Shown one piece after another: positions 30,773 through 41,095 of a stretch of 64,000 nucleotides of DNA. The position numbers and the translations under genes are program-made. The stretch is from a virus, in UHGV virus genome UHGV-1374671. One strand, given 5' to 3'. The notes beneath the pieces were generated by a model. That model had not been told where the DNA came from and did no database searches. It worked only from the letters and a program-made list of their open reading frames with translations. How positions within the stretch are numbered: position 1 is the first letter of the stretch; each line of letters opens with the position of its first letter.

Positions 30773-32716
30773 ATGGCCGAAAATGACACTTTCACGCTGC
30801 CGAGGATTTCGGCCGGCGTTTCCGGAGAAGCTGCCATCGATGCGCTAAACGCGCCTGTTGAAGCCACCGAGGATGCACTCAACCAGCTGAGCGCCCGTAT
30901 CAGCAATCAGAACAACAAAAGCGCAGTCATCCGCCAGTACGTGCCCATTGCGGAAGGAGTGCTTCCCGGCACGCTGGTGTACTACGACACCGAGACCGCC
31001 AGGTTCGCGCCGGCCATTGCCGAGCTGCTCGGAACGCCCGGTGAGAACGGGGCGTCTGTCGAGTCCCCGAAAGCGCGCTGCGAAGGGTTGATCCTGTCGA
31101 TTGATTCCAGTGGAGTCACCGGTACGATGCTCTGCGGTGGGTACTATGAGTCTGTATCAGTGGCTCAGGCCTGTCTGGGCGTTAACGCGGTTGCCGGCAC
31201 GTATTACCTATCCCCGTTCAACGCAGGCAAGGCCGTGACCGACACCTATGGTCATTTGCGACAGGCCATCCTCTCGTACTACGGAAACGGAAAGTTCAAT
31301 CTGAACGTGTTCTATCTGGCGCACGACAACCACTTTCACGGCAGCTCAGTGCTGTCAGGAATGTGGGTCGCGGCAGATCACTTCGAGGACAAGGGCGTGA
31401 CTCCGCCGGAAGGAGCTGCGTATGTGTACGACGGAGCAGGTGACCTGAGCTTCGACAACCTGGGACAGCTTACGGCTGCCACGACTGCCGTGTTCTACAA
31501 GGGCGTGCTGCAGGTACCTGGAAGCGACTTCCTGGTGGACAAGGGATACCTGTGGTACAAGGGAAGCACACCTCCTGGCACGAACGAGGTCACCATCTTC
31601 AACCACTACCCGTTCGCATACAACAGCCCGATTGTCAGAAGCGTGGAGTCCATGAACGCCGCGCTGTCCGTCACCAACCGCAACGGACTGATCCAGCTTA
31701 CGATGTCGGATTTCGTTGCCGGCACTGTCGCCAAGAACGCCATGGCGATCTCCGCGATTTCCGGCAACCGCATTTTGTACACTCCTGTGGTTACGGAAGC
31801 GAACCAGGGACCCGGCATTCTGGTGACCAGAGCTGCCGACGGCAGCGTAACCATTGCCGCATCCAACCTGGTTGGCAACCCGATCGACGCGTACAGCATC
31901 AATCACAACGGAACCAATATGACCAGTGACGGTACGTTTACTTACGTCACGTTCCCCAGGACCCGCAGCAGCGAGTTCGTAATGTCGCTCCCGGTGAAAG
32001 ATGTTTCGTCCGGTACCAAGATGAAGGCCACTGCTTGGGGAATCTGTGCCGGCAACGGCGCTACGTTCGATGTGAAGATCTACTTCGTGCCCACTCCTGG
32101 AGCTTCCTCTCCTGCTCAAATCCCGTCTTCTCCGAGCGCGACCACCACGTTGTCGTTCTCAGGGCAGTCAGGACAGCTTACCTATGCGGAGACTCCTGCG
32201 GTGGTTGAATTTGAAGGTGACGGGATGCTGGTTGCCTCGGTGGCGATCCAGAGTGCGCCGAATACCGACATCAGGTTGCTGCGCGTGGGTTTCAAACTGG
32301 ATATTGTGAAGGCCGAATCCGGAGACGACGAGGAAGAACCGCCTGTGGACACCACGAATGCGATTACCGGTACGCTGGCGTCCGGATACACGGCGTCCAA
32401 GTACGATCTCGTGTACGTAGTGGACGGCAGGCTCGCACTGTGCAGAAGCAATAATGTGGCCAGTGCAAACAGCTGCGTCGGCATGGCGCTGGCGAACGCA
32501 AGCACCGGTGACTCTCTGGAGTACATCATCACCGGCATTGTACAGGACCCGTCCTTTGCGTTCAATCCAGGGCAGCCTGTCTATGTCGGGCTGGACGGCA
32601 AGATGACTCAGGCCGACCTGTCGCAGACTGCCGCGTACGTGCAGAAGGTCGGCATGGCGCTCACTGCGGTGGCCGTGCAGATCAGACTGGAAACCGCTGT
32701 AATCACGGAGAAATGA
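30773..32716 (+). CDS. tail fibre/receptor-binding protein (putative)
   Basis: 647 aa, G/S/T/A-rich beta-like. Confidence 0.4.
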   Translation: MAENDTFTLPRISAGVSGEAAIDALNAPVEATEDALNQLSARISNQNNKSAVIRQYVPIAEGVLPGTLVYYDTETARFAPAIAELLGTPGENGASVESPKARCEGLILSIDSSGVTGTMLCGGYYESVSVAQACLGVNAVAGTYYLSPFNAGKAVTDTYGHLRQAILSYYGNGKFNLNVFYLAHDNHFHGSSVLSGMWVAADHFEDKGVTPPEGAAYVYDGAGDLSFDNLGQLTAATTAVFYKGVLQVPGSDFLVDKGYLWYKGSTPPGTNEVTIFNHYPFAYNSPIVRSVESMNAALSVTNRNGLIQLTMSDFVAGTVAKNAMAISAISGNRILYTPVVTEANQGPGILVTRAADGSVTIAASNLVGNPIDAYSINHNGTNMTSDGTFTYVTFPRTRSSEFVMSLPVKDVSSGTKMKATAWGICAGNGATFDVKIYFVPTPGASSPAQIPSSPSATTTLSFSGQSGQLTYAETPAVVEFEGDGMLVASVAIQSAPNTDIRLLRVGFKLDIVKAESGDDEEEPPVDTTNAITGTLASGYTASKYDLVYVVDGRLALCRSNNVASANSCVGMALANASTGDSLEYIITGIVQDPSFAFNPGQPVYVGLDGKMTQADLSQTAAYVQKVGMALTAVAVQIRLETAVITEK

Positions 32717-32719
32717 TAA

Positions 32720-33718
32720 ATGGGTTGGAACGCGCTGGAATGGCTGAACGAGAATATGCACCGCAACTATCCCATTGTGGACGATGCGGTAGTGAACGGA
32801 GTAACTGGAGAGTCCCTGCCGTCCAGCCTTATCGTTGACTTCTCATTGCTGATCCCTCCGCTGGACGATACGGACGCTGCGAACAGGTTCTACGTGTCCG
32901 AGGTTAACCAGACCGGAGGCTACGTACAGATCGCCATCTCCTACTGCATGCCGTCCGGAGGAGTGTTCGTGGTGGCCAGAACCCAGAACATCTCGATCGA
33001 CGTGCAGTCCGGCGATCCGGTGGAATCCAGAACGTTCCCGTTGATCGCAGCCAATACGATTCCTGATGGATACTCCCAACTGCGGGATCTCACCGGGCGC
33101 CTTATCATAGGCACCTGTCAGGACATCATAGGCAAGGGATCTTTCACGTTCAACTACGAGAACTCCACGCTGCTGAGCACGTTGATCACACAGTCAATTG
33201 CCGGTATCCAGCATATCACAGTGGTGGACAAGGACGACAACTCCACGTTGCTTGCAGGAGATTTTGTCATTCGCGCCGGGGACGGCATCAACTTCGCCGT
33301 ATCGCAGGAATACAATTCAGAGGCCGGTGAGTACATGGACGTTCTTACGATCAGCCGTGTACCGACGGAGGCGGAGACCAGTGCGGAATTCAAATCCGTG
33401 GACGACATTTTGAGAGCGCTGGCTGAGGAATACGGGAATCCGATCAAGAGCATCAACGGAGCCACTCCGGACTCGTCAGGAGCCATCGTCATCCAGGGAG
33501 GCGACTGCACCAGCATCACCACCACGGAGAACGGTATCGCGATCTCAAATCCGTGTTCCAAACCCTGCTGCTCGGAAGCGTCCACATCAGACGCGCAGAT
33601 GGCCTTGCAGCTGCTGGAGGAAGCTCGTACACGCCTGACCGGGTACTTCGAGTCCGTATCGACCAACATAAACGCGATCCAGTCCCGTCTGGCCTCCCTG
33701 ATCGCCTCCAGGAGGTGA
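32720..33718 (+). CDS. tail fibre-associated protein
   Basis: ORF. Confidence 0.4.
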   Translation: MGWNALEWLNENMHRNYPIVDDAVVNGVTGESLPSSLIVDFSLLIPPLDDTDAANRFYVSEVNQTGGYVQIAISYCMPSGGVFVVARTQNISIDVQSGDPVESRTFPLIAANTIPDGYSQLRDLTGRLIIGTCQDIIGKGSFTFNYENSTLLSTLITQSIAGIQHITVVDKDDNSTLLAGDFVIRAGDGINFAVSQEYNSEAGEYMDVLTISRVPTEAETSAEFKSVDDILRALAEEYGNPIKSINGATPDSSGAIVIQGGDCTSITTTENGIAISNPCSKPCCSEASTSDAQMALQLLEEARTRLTGYFESVSTNINAIQSRLASLIASRR

Positions 33719-33721
33719 CCA

Positions 33722-35071
33722 ATGGCCATCAGACGCATTTACATCCAGGACAACAACAAGAACAACCTCAAGACCATCGACGGAAACTTGACGCTGAAGG
33801 GCACCAAGTCGGACTGGGAAACGCAGGACCTTAATCTTGAAGTGAACCAGGTCACGAAAGAGATCACCATCTCCAGTCCCGGATACAGCGATATCTATAC
33901 CCAGGCTTACGATTCGTTCACCGCCACGCAGATGATCACCAACATCAACGGGGTTCACGCCACCGACGACGGAAACTTCTTTATGCTGGGGTCTGAGTGC
34001 ACCAGCTGGAGGTACGGGAATTCGGATTCCGATCTGGAAGGGGCGGGCAGCATTATCTCCGTACTGGATCTGTGTCCCACCTGCGTCAGCTGCGACGCCG
34101 CCATCAAACTGAAGAAGCAGATCGAGTATTACAAGATGGTGTTCAACGCGCTAAAGGACGCCCAGCTGTATTACGATGATATTCTTCAGCTCAGAACTCA
34201 GTACCTGGCTGCGAACAGACTGGCACTGCCTTCCAACTGCGCGGAAGCCGTGGCCACACTGGATCCGAAGTTCCTGGAGTCACCGGAGATCAAGGGATTG
34301 AGCCTGTTCCAGCAGTATGCCACGTTGGTCCACATGTGGAACTACGTGGTGAGTCAGAACAACGCTTCCATTGAGATTCACAACACTCCTGAGGACTCTG
34401 CCGGATTCTACGTACAGACGAAAAGGTCGCTGCCGAGCTGCAATCGTCAGAGCACCATCAAGTGCACGATTGAAGTCAGGCTGAACAGCGGACAGGCCGG
34501 GCTCAGCATGTATGTGCATGAACCGGTGACTGAGTTCAAACCCTTCAAGGACGAGGGAGGCGTAACCGAGCACCAGGCGACTGTTACCCATGTCGGGTTC
34601 ACGGAAAAGCGTGTCGAAACCAATTTCGCACCTGCATCATGCGCCGGCACCTATGTGCTTACTGTGAAGTTCCTGCCTTTCATTTACTCGTTCATGCTGG
34701 ACAAGTACGGGAACCAGATCAACATCCGCGATTTTGCATGGAGCATCTTATCAGAGGAAGGCTCTGTTCCTGGAAGCGGGGGCGAGGACACTGACTTTGA
34801 GAACACCACGTACAATCTCGGCGCCAAATACACCACGGCTCAGATCATGCAACCGACGGAGAAGAATTATAACGACGCCAAGACGTATCCGTCCAAATCA
34901 GTCGCCACCAGAAACATCTGGGAAGTGCGCATAACCTGGCAGCTGGAAGGCAGCATCAACAAGACGTTCGTCGACACGTACTATTACGCATGCAACGGCG
35001 TTCGTGAGTATATGGACGGCATCTTGAAAGACTCCGACCTGATCTCTATTGCGTCTGGGAGCTACTTATGA
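33722..35071 (+). CDS. tail fibre/baseplate protein
   Basis: ORF. Confidence 0.4.
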   Translation: MAIRRIYIQDNNKNNLKTIDGNLTLKGTKSDWETQDLNLEVNQVTKEITISSPGYSDIYTQAYDSFTATQMITNINGVHATDDGNFFMLGSECTSWRYGNSDSDLEGAGSIISVLDLCPTCVSCDAAIKLKKQIEYYKMVFNALKDAQLYYDDILQLRTQYLAANRLALPSNCAEAVATLDPKFLESPEIKGLSLFQQYATLVHMWNYVVSQNNASIEIHNTPEDSAGFYVQTKRSLPSCNRQSTIKCTIEVRLNSGQAGLSMYVHEPVTEFKPFKDEGGVTEHQATVTHVGFTEKRVETNFAPASCAGTYVLTVKFLPFIYSFMLDKYGNQINIRDFAWSILSEEGSVPGSGGEDTDFENTTYNLGAKYTTAQIMQPTEKNYNDAKTYPSKSVATRNIWEVRITWQLEGSINKTFVDTYYYACNGVREYMDGILKDSDLISIASGSYL

Positions 35072-35850
35072 TCAACACGTACATCAACGACAACGTAAAC
35101 GTACCGTATCCGTTTTTCGGTATGGGGTCCCTGCCGTTCCCCATGTGCTGCATCGTCGGGTTCGGCATCTGCATTCACGGACCGCTTACCGGGCTGATCT
35201 TCATATCGTCGCTGGAGATCACCAACAGCTCGATCAAGGCTGTCGTTGTAATGGGAAGCACCATCCTGGGTACCGTGGAGTGCCGGTCGTATTCCGGAAA
35301 CAGGACTTCGGCTATCCAGGCAACGCAGTCCGACGTTCAGCTGTCAGGGTTCATGACCATCGGTGACATCCCGAAGACGGCTATCGGTCACTATGATGGG
35401 GTGTTCCCGATCGATCCGTCTTGTATAACCAACATGCCTGATGCAGTGTTCGGATACCACAGGGCTGTGGAGATCAACGGAACATCTTACACGATCGGAC
35501 AGCAGTTGGAGATCTCGGCGTCCGGTCTGTTGTCGATCTCCGGAAACACCATTCAGGGAACGAACCAGGTCACGAGCGCCAACCTGACGACGTTCGACTA
35601 CATGAACGACTACTCCATGGTGAAGACCGTAAACGGCATGTCCTTTCATCCTCACACGGAGTCCAACATACCGACGCTGACCTTCAAGACGGACTATCCT
35701 GATTGTGTGAAGTTCGACGTGATAGGCGGGGCCGGCATGCCCGAAGAAGGAGATGTGGATGAAGGCATCGGGGACGTTACGGTACTGGTGATCAATGGAA
35801 CCAAGAAGTTTCCGAACTGCTACAAGCAGGAAGATGACGAGGCCCTGTAA
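35068..35850 (+). CDS. tail protein
   Basis: ORF. Confidence 0.4.
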   Translation: MINTYINDNVNVPYPFFGMGSLPFPMCCIVGFGICIHGPLTGLIFISSLEITNSSIKAVVVMGSTILGTVECRSYSGNRTSAIQATQSDVQLSGFMTIGDIPKTAIGHYDGVFPIDPSCITNMPDAVFGYHRAVEINGTSYTIGQQLEISASGLLSISGNTIQGTNQVTSANLTTFDYMNDYSMVKTVNGMSFHPHTESNIPTLTFKTDYPDCVKFDVIGGAGMPEEGDVDEGIGDVTVLVINGTKKFPNCYKQEDDEAL

Positions 35851-35865
35851 GGAGACCTGACAGAA

Positions 35866-36603
35866 ATGCTGAACTCATTCAACATAGACAGATCCGATTC
35901 CGAGATCAACACCAATTTCCCATTCCAGTGGCAGTGCAGGCTGCAGCTTGGATCCGTACAGCTGCCATCAGGTCTGATACGCTCCATTCGAGTGCATTGC
36001 ACGGAAGGCATACTGCCCCCTGTGAGGCTTCACAAGGTCCAGATCAACGGCGACAACGGAACGGCCGAGTTTCGTGATTCACAGGGCGTATCCGTCTGCT
36101 TCTGGAAATTTTCTTACAAGTCATCCGACACTCGTATCAGTGCGTTTCTGACGAACAGTTACAACGTGATCAGCGGACATATCGTGTGCTCGGAAGAATT
36201 GCCGGCCATGCTGTTCTCGATTGCGGCTGCCAATAATAACGAGGTGACCACAGAGAGCGACGATTTCCTGTTGCTGCCCCAGTGTCACACCTCCAGTTTG
36301 TCCGGGTACTGCAAGGCGTTCAAGATCGGTGATACTGTTTACAACAGCGATCTTACAATCAAGTCAGGTGCTTACACCAGTTCAGAATTCAAGGGCGGCG
36401 TGTACTCCATAAGCCTGCTTGGCAAATACGCAGTAGACACGGATTCCGCCATGAACAGGGACGGTATCATGCAGTTGAGCGTGAACGGTGAGACCTATTA
36501 CGTTGGTGGACGACACCTGCTTATCCGGGCGGGAATGACGTCGAACCTGAGAGTGGTGATGGCGAACTCCGCAATAACGCTGAAGGGGGTGCAGGATGAT
36601 TGA
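35866..36603 (+). CDS. tail protein
   Basis: ORF. Confidence 0.4.
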   Translation: MLNSFNIDRSDSEINTNFPFQWQCRLQLGSVQLPSGLIRSIRVHCTEGILPPVRLHKVQINGDNGTAEFRDSQGVSVCFWKFSYKSSDTRISAFLTNSYNVISGHIVCSEELPAMLFSIAAANNNEVTTESDDFLLLPQCHTSSLSGYCKAFKIGDTVYNSDLTIKSGAYTSSEFKGGVYSISLLGKYAVDTDSAMNRDGIMQLSVNGETYYVGGRHLLIRAGMTSNLRVVMANSAITLKGVQDD

Positions 36604-37330
36604 GGCTGTAAAGGATCTTGCGGTCAGCTACCCGTTTATCCCTGGAAGCACGGTGCCTGAGGCGCTGAAGCACATCAAGGACGCCAGGATCATCTTTGAG
36701 CTGCCGGCAAACACGTATCGACAAGGCGACAGCAATACGATGCAGTTCTACGCCGAGCTGGTCAGCATTGATCCGAGCAAGGCTGTGTTCCATGTTGTGT
36801 GCACACCGTTCTCGGTGGACGAGAACGTGACAGTGCCTGTCAACGTGGGAATCTTCAATGTTCCGATGGGCAACAATTACGTGCTGGTGGACGAGCCTGT
36901 GACTTATACCGGGTCTCACACGCTGCATCCGGATTGCCTGATCTTCTTCCAGAAAGCTCCCAAGCTCAGTGCGGCTGATAGGACCGCTGTACGGTCTGAT
37001 GATTCGTATTCTTCGGAAGTGTACGGTTTTGGGCCAACCATAGCCTTTGCGGACGGGTACAATGTGAACGTGTCCGGCAACGAAAGCACGGTGGTGTTCA
37101 ACGGAGGAGAAGGAAGCGGACTCGGCATCTGGCTGACGTCTCCGTGGGTCGACGTTAAGGACTCCACCTTGAGAGCCGCAGTAGGCCTTCGCACCATAAA
37201 CGGAAAGAACGGCAACGTCCAGATCAACGGAAGCCAGTCAGTCGGCGTCGAGGGTACCGGAGGCATCGAGCTGGTGATTAACCCGCTGCCTTATCCAGAA
37301 GACGATGAGGACGAAGAGGTCACCCCATGA
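36596..37330 (+). CDS. tail protein
   Basis: ORF. Confidence 0.4.
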   Translation: MIEAVKDLAVSYPFIPGSTVPEALKHIKDARIIFELPANTYRQGDSNTMQFYAELVSIDPSKAVFHVVCTPFSVDENVTVPVNVGIFNVPMGNNYVLVDEPVTYTGSHTLHPDCLIFFQKAPKLSAADRTAVRSDDSYSSEVYGFGPTIAFADGYNVNVSGNESTVVFNGGEGSGLGIWLTSPWVDVKDSTLRAAVGLRTINGKNGNVQINGSQSVGVEGTGGIELVINPLPYPEDDEDEEVTP

Positions 37331-38487
37331 TCAGGATCAAAGAGAACAGGTGCGGTTACGCCGGATACAAGTGCGTCGGTATTGAAGAGCTGAAAGAACC
37401 GTTCCGGTATAAAAAACTGGTGTGCGACACCGAGATAAACCGTACCGAGTTCCCTGTGCAGGACTGGTCCGAGGATACGCCTGACGAGGCCAAGTATCAT
37501 CTCATAGACAACTACAAGAACATCCCGACCCTGCTGAAGGGTTTCATGATGACCAGCAGCACTCTGATCGATATGGACGTTGCCGTGTCCTACCCTGAGA
37601 AAGAGTGCCGCACCAATGTGAACCCGTTCCTTACCGTTAATGGCGAGGTCGGATTCCTGGACATGTTCAACGAGTACAGCGACCGGGTCAAGGGCCGCAC
37701 CGAGGGCAGCGAATACGTTGATTTGAAGACCAACATGCTGTGCTTCAACACGAATCCAGGAACGGCTGAAACAGAGGGCACTGACGGGGATGAGTTGATG
37801 TTCGAGCCTGGCATCATTGAGCCCATGCTCGACACGGAATTTTCTCCTGTCGGAATTGAACTCAGCACAGGTGTGGACGCCAGTCTGGACGGTATCATGC
37901 TCGCGATTGCCATGCTTACCAAGTGGCGTACTGTCATCGAGGGCAAGATCAACGATATCTACACCCGGCTCGGTCATATCACCGGGATCAGAAACATGCT
38001 CATCTCGATGCAGATGGAAAGTATCTGCGACGACTTCCGGATTGAACTGGTATCAGGAGATCCTATTCAGTGGACCGGATCCAAACGCGAACCTCGGTAC
38101 CGCGTAGGGGATGGTTACGTATATGTGAACGGCAATCCGATATACGTCAGTGGACGGTCAGCAGAGGGAGAGTTCTACATGTACATAAACCTGTACAAGG
38201 AAGGAACCGACCCGGAAGCGACAATCACTGCAGAGATGGAGACCGAGCCGAAAGGAGACTTCTCTCTTGGCATAGGCGGCGTCAAGATGACGTACAAGAC
38301 TCAGCGCGGAGTGCCTACCTATCGTGTATATCAAATTTGGCAGGAAGGCTGCATGTTTGAAATCGACATGGTACGCACCAATGACGAGGGCTTCCTGTTC
38401 CGTACACTATCCGGTGATTCCCCGTACAAGGCATATCCATACGGTACCTGTCCGAAGGAAGGCGATGAAGACAATCCGAGCTCGTAA
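37327..38487 (+). CDS. tail protein
   Basis: ORF. Confidence 0.4.
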   Translation: MIRIKENRCGYAGYKCVGIEELKEPFRYKKLVCDTEINRTEFPVQDWSEDTPDEAKYHLIDNYKNIPTLLKGFMMTSSTLIDMDVAVSYPEKECRTNVNPFLTVNGEVGFLDMFNEYSDRVKGRTEGSEYVDLKTNMLCFNTNPGTAETEGTDGDELMFEPGIIEPMLDTEFSPVGIELSTGVDASLDGIMLAIAMLTKWRTVIEGKINDIYTRLGHITGIRNMLISMQMESICDDFRIELVSGDPIQWTGSKREPRYRVGDGYVYVNGNPIYVSGRSAEGEFYMYINLYKEGTDPEATITAEMETEPKGDFSLGIGGVKMTYKTQRGVPTYRVYQIWQEGCMFEIDMVRTNDEGFLFRTLSGDSPYKAYPYGTCPKEGDEDNPSS

Positions 38488-38561
38488 ATATTGATAGTTG
38501 TGCTACATTATTGGGTATACGGAGTATACGCAATTTGGCTTAACTAGCAAAGGACACAGCT

Positions 38562-39299
38562 ATGGCGATTCATGGGTGTCACAGTTGTGGGGTAGACATT
38601 TCACAGTACAAGAGCTATGAAGAAAGTCCATGCGCCACATGCAAGCTGACAAAAGAGCACAACAAGACTCACCGTCCGGAGCTGTTTGACAGCGGTATTG
38701 ACGTCTCCACGGCGGAAGAGCAGGAAAAACTCGAAGTACAAGAGGACAGCGACACTGTATTGCTGCTTCAGCGACTGGGATGCGGTAAAGAGGACAAAGA
38801 CAAGGCCATCCATCTCCTGATGGAGGTCATACAGAACCAGGTTTACATTACCGCGTCCAACATCATCATCAAGATGTTGAAGCTGGCGAAGATCAGTCCG
38901 ATCATGTTTGAAGTCGTTCTTAAGAAAATGCAGTTCCCGTACATGAGCTACTCGGAAATAGGGGACAGCATGAATCCGCCATGCAGTAAACAGAACGTGC
39001 TCTATCATCTTAAGCACGCGGTTGAACTGTTCCCCGACCTGAACAACGCGCTGCTGACTGACACCAGATTCAGCGCCGGCAGGTACGCACTTCAAACCGT
39101 AGCCAATCGTTACCGCCAGATACAGGGCAAACGAAAAATACACGGCTTGATTTACAGCAACGACCCGGCTATGCGTGCCCATGCCATGACTGAGTTGAAT
39201 GCGATACTGTCTGCTCCGTTCATGATAAGTGACGCCATTGTAGATTTTGATCTGTACACCAAAGACGAGGAACATAATGAGCGCACCGCTGCGAATTGA
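38562..39299 (+). CDS. zinc-ribbon + sigma region-4-like HTH protein (putative late transcription regulator)
   Basis: N-terminal CxxC...CxxC; C-terminal YSEIGDSMNPPCSKQNVLYHLKHAV resembles sigma region 4.2. Confidence 0.4.
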   Translation: MAIHGCHSCGVDISQYKSYEESPCATCKLTKEHNKTHRPELFDSGIDVSTAEEQEKLEVQEDSDTVLLLQRLGCGKEDKDKAIHLLMEVIQNQVYITASNIIIKMLKLAKISPIMFEVVLKKMQFPYMSYSEIGDSMNPPCSKQNVLYHLKHAVELFPDLNNALLTDTRFSAGRYALQTVANRYRQIQGKRKIHGLIYSNDPAMRAHAMTELNAILSAPFMISDAIVDFDLYTKDEEHNERTAAN

Positions 39300-40473
39300 C
39301 GTAAACCAGGAAGTATTCAAAATCAAAGACCCCAGGGTGGACAAGTTGAAGGCCGGGAAGCTGTCCGCAGAGGGGTTCTCTTTTCTGTTGTCCGACAGGG
39401 ATCCTTTCGTGCTGATCGGACACACCATCTATGTGCTGACAGAGCAGGAGTTCTATGCGCTGCGCGCCGTGTATCCGATTAATGAAATCACTGAGGAAGG
39501 GTTTCACAAGATTCTCGAAATTGAAGACCTGTCGTTCATGCACCAGGTGGACAGAGAATTCATGGAGCTCGTGAAGCGCGAGCTTCCTACCTGTCCCAAA
39601 TGCAAGTACAAGCGTTACCAGGACGCCGTGTACAAGCTGGCTAAGAAATACAACCTCAAAATGATCAACGAGGTGCCTGGCGAGGATGCTCCTGACATGA
39701 ACAGCTGGGCTCAATATCCTGAGACCACTGAACCTGTCATCTCATACGTGTCCGCCTTGCTGGATCACATGTACAGGGTTCCGAAACAGCAGCGTCGCGA
39801 CTGTCTGGACTGTGTGGAAAAGCATGTGTCGCAGGCCTGGATACTCGGCAACGAGGCCCTTATGGGGTATCCGTCCCACCTTGCACTTGCCGTCGGACAT
39901 CTAAGTGAGGCGCTGGATGAGATGCCGAAGGACTTCACCGCGCTGCACGACACCATTGAGTTCTGCTTGGGCAAGACCAACGTAATGCGCCAGGCCTTCA
40001 TCCCTGTCGGTCTGATCCTGCCTCTCATAAACGCCGCCAGGCAGCACCAGGGTACGGAGTTCGAGAAGGAATCCGACGACGTCACTGAAGCCCGCAGCGC
40101 AGTGATGGAGATCGATTTCACGTTCCATATGCGTGAGGAGCTGGTAAATGCAGACAGGAACACGTTGTCCAGAGTGACGACCATGATAGCAGACGCCGAC
40201 AAAATTATACTGGAGTATAAAACCTCTCCAAGCTACAAGAACAGAATCATTTGGGAAGGTGCGTTGTCCTGTGCCGCCGACAACCTGGCATCAGTTGCCC
40301 CGGAGTTTGCAAATATGCTTCGCAACCGCAGGCTGTTATTCGTTGCCGATCCCAGCATTGCACAGGACGCCGGCTACAGATTCACCGATGTGCTGATCTA
40401 TCTGAAAGAACTGATGGATCAGAATGACGTGGAACCCTCGGAGTTCAGCTCGTCGTCCTCGAAGTCATTGTAG
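39277..40473 (+). CDS. hypothetical protein (approx. 399 aa) with CPKC motif
   Basis: ORF; start at ATG 39277 overlapping upstream stop. Confidence 0.45.
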   Translation: MSAPLRIDVNQEVFKIKDPRVDKLKAGKLSAEGFSFLLSDRDPFVLIGHTIYVLTEQEFYALRAVYPINEITEEGFHKILEIEDLSFMHQVDREFMELVKRELPTCPKCKYKRYQDAVYKLAKKYNLKMINEVPGEDAPDMNSWAQYPETTEPVISYVSALLDHMYRVPKQQRRDCLDCVEKHVSQAWILGNEALMGYPSHLALAVGHLSEALDEMPKDFTALHDTIEFCLGKTNVMRQAFIPVGLILPLINAARQHQGTEFEKESDDVTEARSAVMEIDFTFHMREELVNADRNTLSRVTTMIADADKIILEYKTSPSYKNRIIWEGALSCAADNLASVAPEFANMLRNRRLLFVADPSIAQDAGYRFTDVLIYLKELMDQNDVEPSEFSSSSSKSL

Positions 40474-40796
40474 GCGTTAACCAGGGTGCGGATGTCGTGC
40501 TGCACCCTGTCCAACACGGCACTGGCCAACGTGACCGTATCGAAGATCATCGTTATGTCGTCAGTGCGGAAGTAGCAGTTGTCGCCTGGAATGCTGTCCG
40601 GGAATTCAACCATCTCCGACGGGGAACATACGTGACTGAACCGGTATAAGGGCTTCAACTTGTCAGCGCTCCTGGGAAGAAGTTCGATGGCGAAAATTTT
40701 TGGGGAAATGCCTTCAGCCTCCACATACAAGTGCAGCTTCGTGTATCCCTTGCGGGCAGTGGTGATCTTGTGATTGAGTTTTATAGAGACGCTCAT
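40419..40796 (-). CDS. hypothetical protein (125 aa), inverted cassette gene 2
   Basis: minus-strand ORF filling a 620-bp gap free of plus-strand ORFs. Confidence 0.4.
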   Translation of the reverse strand: MSVSIKLNHKITTARKGYTKLHLYVEAEGISPKIFAIELLPRSADKLKPLYRFSHVCSPSEMVEFPDSIPGDNCYFRTDDITMIFDTVTLASAVLDRVQHDIRTLVNAYNDFEDDELNSEGSTSF

Positions 40797-40803
40797 GACA
40801 TCC

Positions 40804-41037
40804 TCACTTTATCAAGACTCCGCCGATCATGCACGGAAGCGGAAACAGCTGTCGGCACGCTTCCACAAATATCGGATCGTTAGCATATTTAGTCGCTGCC
40901 AGTCTCAATGCGGCGTTCACGTTCACATTAGCGTGCCCGCACTTTCCGCAACGCTTCCAGGCTGCTGACGCGGCACTTATCATAGGAAAGCCCTGTAGAT
41001 TGGCGTTGAGAAGAGTTTTCTCGGCATTGCTTAACAT
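40804..41037 (-). CDS. hypothetical small protein (77 aa) with CGKCGH motif, inverted cassette gene 1
   Basis: minus-strand ORF, 7 nt upstream of 40419..40796. Confidence 0.4.
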   Translation of the reverse strand: MLSNAEKTLLNANLQGFPMISAASAAWKRCGKCGHANVNVNAALRLAATKYANDPIFVEACRQLFPLPCMIGGVLIK

Positions 41038-41095
41038 AAGAACCTTTCAACCCTGACTTTATCTTAAAAATACAGTTTCCAGAAGGGACAATAAC

